In this document: one piece after another, positions 9,187-16,806 of the stretch
Layout: every line of letters begins with the position of its first letter
Position numbering within the stretch: position 1 is the first letter of the stretch
Virus record (IMG/VR): IMGVR_UViG_3300018475_000128
Reading direction: 5' to 3' (one strand)
Source of the DNA: an uncultured virus (IMG/VR IMGVR_UViG_3300018475_000128)
Lineage: Duplodnaviria > Heunggongvirae > Uroviricota > Caudoviricetes
Length of the DNA stretch: 64,000 bases
Notes under the pieces: model-generated
What the model was told of the DNA's origin: nothing
The model's input: the letters and a program-made list of their open reading frames with translations, nothing else
Database searches by the model: none
Made by a program: the position numbers and the translations under genes

Positions 9187-9565
9187 CAACGATCTCCTTT
9201 TTCAACGAACCTATAAATCCTTTAATTTTTTCGTAGCAATCTGGACAAATATGTCCATCTATTGTCTCACGTCGATTACCGCGATTGTATAGGAAGAGGT
9301 TGTGACTACGATCCCAATTCATATGTGTTACGGCGCGTTCGTATGATTCACCACAACATTTGCATATAGTAGTTTTAGTATAATCAACCCACGGATCTCG
9401 CCAAGCTATTTCATACTTAAAACGATTTCTATCGCCATAAAGTTTTCTAGCTCTGTTTGCAGCCGAGCCATAATTTATGTATTCTTTTTCATCGATTCCT
9501 CGTCCTATTTCGTTTCCGTTAGAATCGAACTCTTTGTAATAAACTCTCATTTTCAATTGATGCAT
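9176..9565 (-). CDS. hypothetical Zn-binding protein
   Basis: CKCC...CPDC. Confidence 0.55.
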   Translation of the reverse strand: MHQLKMRVYYKEFDSNGNEIGRGIDEKEYINYGSAANRARKLYGDRNRFKYEIAWRDPWVDYTKTTICKCCGESYERAVTHMNWDRSHNLFLYNRGNRRETIDGHICPDCYEKIKGFIGSLKKEIVDET

Positions 9566-9816
9566 ATTTTTCTCCTTATTCCTCTTCTATCCATAAAAAT
9601 ATTACAGACATAATAAATACAACGAATAGTGCTATGAGAAAGTATTTCATTTAATGCTTCTCCTTATTATTCTTAAACTCTTGAACAGCCTTATTACAGC
9701 TAGCCCATATTAAACGAATAAAGGTTATACCAAATATGACTGCTACAACGAATAGCACACCAACTATGAGAACGCCTGCTGATAATAGCAATATGCTTAA
9801 TAAGTTTAATAACATA

Positions 9817-10461
9817 TTAGCGCTTCTCCTTTACTATTTTGATTTCTTTACCAAGAGCCTTACATATCTCTTCAAGAGTCATCTCTTCTACTTCTTTACG
9901 TTCGTAGACGAGAGTTCCATAATTATTTTTAAAAGCTTGTAAAGAACACTCATGAGGTTTGTTTGGTCTACGCACAGCAACGATATCGAAGTCTTTGTCA
10001 TTGCGATAACCCATTGCTTGTGTGAGGTCGTCTGCAGTAGAATCTAAGGGCATATAATCACGTTCACCCATGACTATTGTTCCGGTTTCAAGAATAACAA
10101 TACCGGTATAACCTTTTCTAAACTTAACAACATCACCGTTCTTAAGGTCTTTCTTAGTAAATTCTTTCTTCATACTAAAGTCACTCCAATCAAAATCTTC
10201 AAATTCTAGGATTCGGTAATTGTTAATATGACACGATATCCTGCCAAAACACCCTTCGTTAAAGAAATATATAGTTTCGATACCATTCCAAAAATAACAA
10301 CACTTGTCTATATATAAAGTGCCGTTATTCCATTTTCTACCTTGTATGTGTAAATATTTACAAAATATTTTAGCGTCTTCTTCGGTCATAACATGCATGG
10401 CACATTTACCACGATAATCATCAATATTAAACTTAGGTTTACGATCGTAAGATTTGTTCAT
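9817..10461 (-). CDS. hypothetical phage protein
   Basis: C-terminal EEMTLEEICKALGKEIKIVK motif. Confidence 0.6.
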   Translation of the reverse strand: MNKSYDRKPKFNIDDYRGKCAMHVMTEEDAKIFCKYLHIQGRKWNNGTLYIDKCCYFWNGIETIYFFNEGCFGRISCHINNYRILEFEDFDWSDFSMKKEFTKKDLKNGDVVKFRKGYTGIVILETGTIVMGERDYMPLDSTADDLTQAMGYRNDKDFDIVAVRRPNKPHECSLQAFKNNYGTLVYERKEVEEMTLEEICKALGKEIKIVKEKR

Positions 10462-10642
10462 ACTCTACCCTCCAACATAATCTGAAATATACCAGCAATC
10501 ATCCACACGACCATCATCACTAACCAGCCGAATAGAAAATACTTACCGTCTATGAAACTTCGAACAGCAATTGAGATATCAAAAGCTCCAGCTAGAGCGT
10601 AAAGTAATAATCCTATTAATTTAGCAAACATATTTTTCTCCT

Positions 10643-11071
10643 TTAAATTTTATCAATAATACTTCCGTCTACATTAAAATCTAACAATATCGAATTCTCA
10701 AAACCGTTTACAAATTTCGCATTTCGGTCTGTTTTATAAATTCCAAAATCGACATAATTGTCTCCAATGGGGTTATCTTTATCATAAACCCAACCCACAA
10801 TTTGTCCGGCTTTTGATTTAGGAATATCCAACATCTCATAAACGTCATTTAGGAATAAGTATCCTTGAGCCTTCAGTTTTTCGGTTGCATAATTCTGTAC
10901 CTGTAAAAGAAACATCAAATTATACTCTGCGTCTTTAGTCCAACTTGGACTCGTCTCGTCAAAGAATCTAGCATATTGACTATGACTTCCTGATTCGATA
11001 CTTTTAGGCTCTTCAATCTTTTGATTCAATACCTCACGACCGTCGATTTCGATTCTAATAACAGTGCTCAT
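10643..11071 (-). CDS. DUF6353-like C-terminal-domain paralog
   Basis: GYLFLNDVYEML...GQIVGWVY...GDNYVDFG...DFNVDG, closely matching the C-terminus of 22855..23787. Confidence 0.65.
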   Translation of the reverse strand: MSTVIRIEIDGREVLNQKIEEPKSIESGSHSQYARFFDETSPSWTKDAEYNLMFLLQVQNYATEKLKAQGYLFLNDVYEMLDIPKSKAGQIVGWVYDKDNPIGDNYVDFGIYKTDRNAKFVNGFENSILLDFNVDGSIIDKI

Positions 11072-11109
11072 AATATTTTCTCCTTTCACCTTTCAAAAAT
11101 GTCTTGAAT

Positions 11110-11183
11110 AAAAAAGCGAAGACACCGTATTTCAGATGTCTTCTAAATAAATGGAATTCAGTTAATACAGGACTAACCGTTCC
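11110..11183 (-). ncRNA. candidate ~70-nt sRNA cassette
   Basis: promoter motif, then hairpin GGAA-CGGTTAGT/ATTAACTG-TTCC, then terminator GAAGACATC..GGTGTCTTC-GC-T6; no RBS/ORF. Confidence 0.45.
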
Positions 11184-11207
11184 ATTAGAGAAATTGTTTT
11201 TTACGCG
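11182..11207 (-). promoter_or_regulatory. cassette promoter motif copy 2
   Basis: CGCG TAAAAA ACA ATTTC TCTAAT GG. Confidence 0.65.
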
Positions 11208-11216
11208 AGGTATAAA

Positions 11217-12461
11217 TTACGGTTTCCAGTTAGTCCACTTGGTCTCGTTAAATATCTTTTTCTCTTTAACAGCTTTAGAGATCGCCAAATCAATACCACT
11301 ACGAGATTTCAGATGATAGTAATGTAAATCTACAAATTTAGTATTAAGTCTATCGATTCTCCCGGCGGCCTGAGTCATAACTTTATAACTATAATTCTGA
11401 CTGTAGAAAATAATAGTGTCGGTTGTAATAGTGTTCCAGCCTTCGCAGCCAGCCGTATACTGAGTTATATATACCCATTTGTCTCCTGTTGGAATAGGCT
11501 GATGAGCATGACCAGACCATTCAGCTACTTCAGTACCGTTCGCATATCCTAGATTTAGTAATATCTCTCTTTCGTAATCGAAATTGTAGAATATAATAGA
11601 TTTTGGATGTTCTTCTAACAATTCAAGAAGCGCAACCTGCCTGGATTCATCAGAATTTACAATACGTCGTAGAGCATAACATAATCCCGATGCCTGTTGA
11701 ATAGGTTCATCTTTAAAAGGGTCCCACCTGTTTCTAATAGTATCTTTATACTTCGGAATATCATAAGTACAATACACATCTTCGTGATGTTGTACAGTGG
11801 GTCTTTTAAAATCCATATCGATCAGTATCTTATCTCGCAATCGTATAAGTCTACCAGTGTTATAATATCCTGCTATTTTGGGGAAGTTTTTACAATACGG
11901 ATCGTACTTAACGTGCTCTCTAATGAACTCGGTACGATTCTTATAGAATCCATTGGCTACGAATAGAGGAACATAATCCATCCACTGATCCCCTGGGGTT
12001 GCTGATAACATAATCCAATCATTATTATTTTTTACTATTTTATAAAACGATTTAACCCAAGTACCAGACCCAACTAATCGCTGTTCATCAAAAATAAAGA
12101 AGGAGTTTTTGACGTCTATGTATTTTTTTATATTATTCCAGCTATCAATAACAATTTTATTGTTGTAGCGATTTAGCTCTGGTTTAGGATACATTTCAAA
12201 AGGAATTAGTTCACCTTCCCATTCGTGTTTATCGCGTTTCATAGCAGTGGTAATAATATATAAATCCTTAGGGTTGTGCATAGGGGTATAGCCGTTCTCG
12301 TCGATCCAGCCACCCTGTTCTTTAAAAAAATAGAAGAGGCCGGTCCTAGATTTACCAGAACCGACATCTCCATTAAATACTGAGCCATTAAAGGCTTTCT
12401 TAACAGCTTCCATTTGGAAATCGTATAAAAACGGTTTTCCTTTATTATTCTGATTACTCAT
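11217..12461 (-). CDS. SF2 (SNF2-like) helicase
   Basis: GSGKS, FIFDEQ, LSATPGD, QAAGRIDR. Confidence 0.88.
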   Translation of the reverse strand: MSNQNNKGKPFLYDFQMEAVKKAFNGSVFNGDVGSGKSRTGLFYFFKEQGGWIDENGYTPMHNPKDLYIITTAMKRDKHEWEGELIPFEMYPKPELNRYNNKIVIDSWNNIKKYIDVKNSFFIFDEQRLVGSGTWVKSFYKIVKNNNDWIMLSATPGDQWMDYVPLFVANGFYKNRTEFIREHVKYDPYCKNFPKIAGYYNTGRLIRLRDKILIDMDFKRPTVQHHEDVYCTYDIPKYKDTIRNRWDPFKDEPIQQASGLCYALRRIVNSDESRQVALLELLEEHPKSIIFYNFDYEREILLNLGYANGTEVAEWSGHAHQPIPTGDKWVYITQYTAGCEGWNTITTDTIIFYSQNYSYKVMTQAAGRIDRLNTKFVDLHYYHLKSRSGIDLAISKAVKEKKIFNETKWTNWKP

Positions 12462-12622
12462 TCATTACTCTTCTCCTCATACTTAACCGGTTTATGAGTA
12501 TTCCAGTTAAGAGGTTCACTGAGACATTCACTACAAGGAGACTCAGTATCACCTACTTTTTTATGTTTACACTTTTTACAGTATTCGTGAAAATATACTT
12601 CTTTATATACTTGACTATCCAT
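12458..12622 (-). CDS. small Cys-rich protein (54 aa)
   Basis: YCKKCKH...PCSECL; RBS GGAGG. Confidence 0.55.
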   Translation of the reverse strand: MDSQVYKEVYFHEYCKKCKHKKVGDTESPCSECLSEPLNWNTHKPVKYEEKSNE

Positions 12623-12636
12623 TCAATACCTCCGTA

Positions 12637-13191
12637 TTAGCCGATTCTAAGAACTGTACCACTATCATTAGATTTATACTTAGTCATAGTATCTGCGATA
12701 GAAGTATAGATCTTAGAAGTGTTCTTCAGCTGATCATTAAAGTTCTCGAGAATTTCATCAAGGTTATCGTCGAATTTCTCAAGAGCCTTCTCCTTAGCTG
12801 CTTTTTCAACATCATAACGCACACGCTTAACGTCGATTTTAGCAGCCTCTTCTGTGATGTTCTTTAAGACAGTTTCTTTAATATTTGAATATTCTTCTTC
12901 GATAGCTCCGCTGATTTGCTTATGCATGTCGTATTCTACATCGTGCTTAACCTTGTCTGTAACTTTACAAACAGCTTGCTTTACTTCGTATGAAACGGCT
13001 TTTTCTACAGCACGCTCGATCATATCATTAGGAATATCGACCGGAACCTGAGAAGCAAGGTCATCAATAGAGCGTTCAAGGTTGTCACTAATCTTAGCCA
13101 TTTTTGTATGGGTGCCTATTGCGTATCCTACACCAACCAAACCCAATGCAATTCCTACAAAACCTACAAGTCCATCAAATTTGTTGTTCAT
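12637..13191 (-). CDS. N-terminally membrane-anchored coiled-coil protein
   Basis: hydrophobic GLVGFVGIALGLVGVGYAIG followed by helical repeats. Confidence 0.6.
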   Translation of the reverse strand: MNNKFDGLVGFVGIALGLVGVGYAIGTHTKMAKISDNLERSIDDLASQVPVDIPNDMIERAVEKAVSYEVKQAVCKVTDKVKHDVEYDMHKQISGAIEEEYSNIKETVLKNITEEAAKIDVKRVRYDVEKAAKEKALEKFDDNLDEILENFNDQLKNTSKIYTSIADTMTKYKSNDSGTVLRIG

Positions 13192-13243
13192 ATTAATCTC
13201 TCCTTATAAATGATTTTTTCAAAAGTTTCCACCGGGAAATTTC

Positions 13244-13450
13244 TCAGATTTGAAACAAGTTTTCCATATACTCTTTTAATTCTGCACGAACATTATTAAG
13301 ATCACGTTCAAGAACTTCTTTCTTAGCATGTAAAATATCAAGTACTTCCGGATCATCATCTCTCAACATGTAACGATAAATACTTTCCAGTCGTTGTACC
13401 ATAGCTCTTTCATCTTCAAGTATCTCTATTAGTGGTCTCATAGGTATCAT
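13244..13450 (-). CDS. hypothetical protein
   Basis: 68-aa ORF in operon. Confidence 0.5.
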   Translation of the reverse strand: MIPMRPLIEILEDERAMVQRLESIYRYMLRDDDPEVLDILHAKKEVLERDLNNVRAELKEYMENLFQI

Positions 13451-13453
13451 CCT

Positions 13454-13663
13454 TTACACGTACATGCGTCCGTTGTACGATTGTTTATTTTTAATCATTT
13501 CATGCCAGCAAGAAGTATGAATATACTGTTTTAGTCCACGTTTAGTTATAACCAATTCACAGTTATGTTGATGCGGACTTTGTTTTAATATGCTATCTGG
13601 AACTTTTTCTACATAATCCCCACACAATGGACAGCGATTATTTACAAGCATTCGTCTTCCCAT
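13454..13663 (-). CDS. hypothetical Zn-binding protein
   Basis: CPLC...HTSC. Confidence 0.5.
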   Translation of the reverse strand: MGRRMLVNNRCPLCGDYVEKVPDSILKQSPHQHNCELVITKRGLKQYIHTSCWHEMIKNKQSYNGRMYV

Positions 13664-13832
13664 TTTGAGTCAACTCCTTTTGTTTTACATACGTAAATAC
13701 ATGTCCATCTCTATCCATGACTATTTTGACGTCACCTTTGCGAGATAAGTCATACAAAAGTCTAAGATATTGCTTCTGCCAATCGTATAATTTTGCCCCA
13801 CATATATTCTCTAAAAAATCTACTACATCCAT
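13638..13832 (-). CDS. hypothetical protein
   Basis: MDVVDFLE...LYDWQK; RBS GAGGTG. Confidence 0.5.
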   Translation of the reverse strand: MDVVDFLENICGAKLYDWQKQYLRLLYDLSRKGDVKIVMDRDGHVFTYVKQKELTQNGKTNACK

Positions 13833-13842
13833 GTTATTCACC

Positions 13843-14313
13843 TCACACATATCCTTTTTCTTTTAAACTACTGTATCTGTCGCCAACAATAATATGATCC
13901 AATACTTCGATACCTACGATTCTACCAGCATCAACTAGTCGCTTAGTAACCTCAATATCTTCACGACTAGGCGTGCAATCACCACTCGGATGATTATGCA
14001 TTAGAATGATACTTACCGCATTAGCTAGTAATGCTTTCTGAAAGACCTCTCTAGGATTTACGATAGAGGCATTAACGCTTCCGTGAGAAATTTCAAACAC
14101 ACCGATAATCTTATTTTTTGTATTCATACAAATCATGTACATGTATTCTTCCGGTTCTTCGTGAATCCGCATGAAACCTTTACCCACATTAACTGCATCG
14201 TCAGGACTCTTAATCGAATACGATATGTCTGGGCAGTTCGTACTTACCTCTTTTTCAAGTGTCACTCGTTTGTTTTCTGTAAGTCTAGTTTTGTATTTGA
14301 TCATTCTGACCAT
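13843..14313 (-). CDS. RadC-family JAB domain protein
   Basis: E...GSVNASIVNPREVF...HNHPSGDCTPSRED...LDHIIVG. Confidence 0.9.
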   Translation of the reverse strand: MVRMIKYKTRLTENKRVTLEKEVSTNCPDISYSIKSPDDAVNVGKGFMRIHEEPEEYMYMICMNTKNKIIGVFEISHGSVNASIVNPREVFQKALLANAVSIILMHNHPSGDCTPSREDIEVTKRLVDAGRIVGIEVLDHIIVGDRYSSLKEKGYV

Positions 14314-14402
14314 AATTGCCACTCCCTTTGTCCGTTTTTGTCCAGTGGCTTTAGCGACAAAATATAAATAAAGCCCCACCCGAAGGCGAGGCCAAAATAA
14401 CG

Positions 14403-14609
14403 TTACAATATTGAATATAATTGTCTTCCGTTTACGACTCCACAAGGTTCAATAAGACCACAATCTTTAAGAGCTTGAAGACCGAATGTTCCGACTAATT
14501 TTACAATATAATCTTCATATACAGCATCGAGTTCGTCTGATTCAACTAATAATACACAATGAATGTGACTAATATACGAATCTGTGAAATATGGAGCATA
14601 TGTTGACAT
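14403..14609 (-). CDS. hypothetical protein
   Basis: ORF coupled to LPD11-like gene. Confidence 0.5.
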   Translation of the reverse strand: MSTYAPYFTDSYISHIHCVLLVESDELDAVYEDYIVKLVGTFGLQALKDCGLIEPCGVVNGRQLYSIL

Positions 14610-14610
14610 A

Positions 14611-14853
14611 TTATTCAACCCCCATTTTATGAGCATATTCTTTTAGTTCGTCCCACGTAAGCCATTCGGGTTTATCTTCTTCGGAGAATGTATTCCAAAG
14701 AGCAATCATGTTCTCAATCTGAGCTTTCTCATTTTGAGCCCATAAGATATATGGAGACCCCGCTTTGATTCTCAGATAATAATCACAATCTTGACGCATT
14801 CGATCGAGCATCATATAACGGAATTTAGGTTCGTATTTACTCCAGTCTTCCAT
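14611..14853 (-). CDS. LPD11-like protein
   Basis: YMMLDRMRQDCDYYL...LWA...KPEWLTW. Confidence 0.65.
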   Translation of the reverse strand: MEDWSKYEPKFRYMMLDRMRQDCDYYLRIKAGSPYILWAQNEKAQIENMIALWNTFSEEDKPEWLTWDELKEYAHKMGVE

Positions 14854-14854
14854 A

Positions 14855-15296
14855 TCAGATCATCCCCCATTCTTCCGCATGTTTCAAATGCTTACGAGCA
14901 GCTCGTTGATACACGAGTTCAAGACCCCATTCGTCTAATTCGGCATAAGTTAGTCCGAAGCACGCTAGTACATCAGCGTCTCCATCCCAATTTATTGCAT
15001 ATTCATGGTTGTCCATCTCATACTCAAACGCTGCTTCTGCAAATTCAAGGTCGTCCTTAAGCTTCTGTTTAAGTTCTTCAGTATGACGTTTGAGCATGTT
15101 GACGAATGTTTTTGCGTCCGTACGCTTTACAATATCTCCGTGTCCGAATACTGTAACACACTCCTCTTTAGTAGCTCCTAGTTTCTCTAGAGCTTCTTTT
15201 AGTTGCTTATCATCAAAAGCATAAGCGATTGGAAAATCCTCCAGTTCTTTCTGATGTCTTTTCTGCATTTCCAAATACTCTTCACGCTTTTTCATG
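14855..15296 (-). CDS. hypothetical protein
   Basis: FPIAYAF...AFEYEMDNHEY; RBS AGGAGAGG. Confidence 0.6.
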
Positions 15297-15373
15297 ATAG
15301 ATCCTCTCCTTGAGGGGTTATTTTTGTTCGGGTGGTTCTGTGAGATTGCCGTTCTCACTTCCGTGAGGAAATT

Positions 15374-15637
15374 CCCCAAATAAGACCAACCACCATAGCC
15401 TTAAGTGTTTTTTGCCTATTAGACATAGCATACACGGGTTCACACATAACCCTTTGAAGACCTCACTATTACCCAGTATGCTCGGATAATAGTTTCATAG
15501 GCATCCAACAACCGCCAATGATTAGTGGCGATACGGTATTTTTCGATGCTCCGCAGCCTCACTATTTGAAGGCGACCTTTTATATACCGCTTGTCGACGT
15601 GCGGTAATCTCTGTTGTTGGCTTTAAATATTTTGGAG
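15374..15637 (-). ncRNA. candidate multi-stem structured RNA with pseudoknot
   Basis: nested stems CCAACAAC/GTTGTTGG, GCCTAT/ATAGGC, 10-bp hairpin whose loop AGCATAC can pair with downstream GTATGCT. Confidence 0.5.
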
Positions 15638-15644
15638 GTACGTT

Positions 15645-15753
15645 TGCCAGAGGCTGGACTTGAACCAGCAATATCCTCTGTGGCGCCCTTGGGACCAAAA
15701 CCACGTACGAGGCACCTATTGTCTTAGCGTCTCTACCATTCGACTACTCTGGC
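15645..15753 (-). ncRNA. tRNA-like RNA with expanded non-canonical anticodon domain
   Basis: acceptor GCCAGAG/CTCTGGC+A, D arm GTC/GAC, T arm GCTGG-TTCAAGT-CCAGC, ~59-nt central domain. Confidence 0.65.
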
Positions 15754-15868
15754 ATGTTTGGTCGATCTTTCTCGCTACTGGTTCGCTCTTTTGAGCGTTA
15801 GCGTTTTCTCCGTAATCGACCGGGATGCGTTCAAAGCCATCCACGTGGTTGCCGTACGGACAACAATT

Positions 15869-15955
15869 TGGTACGAGTGACCGGATTTGAACCGGCACGG
15901 ATTTTCTCCAACGGTTTTTAAGACCGTAGCGTACTGCCACTTTCGCCACACTCGC
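15869..15955 (-). tRNA. tRNA-Leu(UAA)
   Basis: GCGAGTG/CACTCGT acceptor, ACGGT-CTTAAAA-ACCGT anticodon arm, long variable arm, GCCGG-TTCAAAT-CCGGT, encoded A-CCA. Confidence 0.93.
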
Positions 15956-16006
15956 AAATATAAAAAGGAAAAGAGACCCAGCAATTATACTGAGTCTCCC
16001 TCTCCT

Positions 16007-16183
16007 TTACTTCTGAAGATTACACTTGATTTTAGCTTTGACGTCCTTAGCCTTTTTAGTCACAGCTTCTTTAAGCTCAGGATTTACCATCACCACCGTT
16101 GTTCCCAGCAATAGAGTTGGTATAATTATCTGAGTAACCCAAAGTCTAGCTTCACGAAAAGCTTCAATTTGTCTATAGGTCAT
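16007..16183 (-). CDS. small membrane protein (cassette payload)
   Basis: one hydrophobic segment; promoter motif upstream, hairpin-T run at 15962-16003. Confidence 0.6.
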   Translation of the reverse strand: MTYRQIEAFREARLWVTQIIIPTLLLGTTVVMVNPELKEAVTKKAKDVKAKIKCNLQK

Positions 16184-16197
16184 AATCAATTTCACCT

Positions 16198-16223
16198 CCA
16201 TTACAGGAGATGTATCTCACGCG
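16198..16223 (-). promoter_or_regulatory. cassette promoter motif copy 3
   Basis: CGCG TGAGAT ACA TCTCC TGTAAT GG. Confidence 0.6.
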
Positions 16224-16247
16224 TAATTCTTCAGCGTCATCTTTTAA

Positions 16248-16775
16248 TTAGTCCAAAAAGTCTTCATCACGAGATGCATAACCTTCATCTGCAGCAAAGC
16301 GATCTACACGCTGATAAACACGCATAGCGCTCAAATATGCAGTACGGAACGATGCACCGTTAGGAAGCTTATCGTCATAAGGACGAATATCAAGGTCAAC
16401 AGACATAATATCGATGTCGTCCAAGCAAGAAATAGTATCCTCATTAAGAGCTACCTGCTTGTTACCACTTACAAGATATACGTTAGGACCACGACCATTG
16501 AACTTAACTTTAACAAGCATATGCATGAAAGGTACATCACCTTCCTCACGAGGAGGCTTGATCTTAACGTTCCAGCTATCGCCGAATTCGTTCTTATCAG
16601 CCAACAGTCTATCACAATCCTCCTGAGTAGGAATTACAAGATTGAAATTACGGTCGCCTTCACGATTGAAACGATCACCACGTCCGGAGAAGTTCTTCCA
16701 GATGATGCGAGCGTCATTGATTTCAAGATATCCATTCGGGAAAGCGCGATTAGGTTCAACAAAATTAATATGCAT
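16248..16775 (-). CDS. putative single-stranded DNA-binding protein
   Basis: ARIIWKNFSG...NF...DLDIRPY...AYL, acidic tail, directly downstream of polymerase. Confidence 0.6.
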   Translation of the reverse strand: MHINFVEPNRAFPNGYLEINDARIIWKNFSGRGDRFNREGDRNFNLVIPTQEDCDRLLADKNEFGDSWNVKIKPPREEGDVPFMHMLVKVKFNGRGPNVYLVSGNKQVALNEDTISCLDDIDIMSVDLDIRPYDDKLPNGASFRTAYLSAMRVYQRVDRFAADEGYASRDEDFLD

Positions 16776-16806
16776 AATATATTTTTCTCCTTTTTCCATT
16801 ACAAAA

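Noticed and set aside
15645..15753. tmRNA or permuted tmRNA
   Set aside because: No G3-U70 alanine determinant, no GGGG start, no tag-like reading frame recognised
15820..15868. theta/HDV-like ribozyme after tRNA-Leu
   Set aside because: Could not build the nested double pseudoknot by eye; only simple hairpins seen
15522..15984. 60-77-aa ORFs over the tRNA cluster
   Set aside because: They overlap a clear tRNA and structured RNAs and lack RBSs
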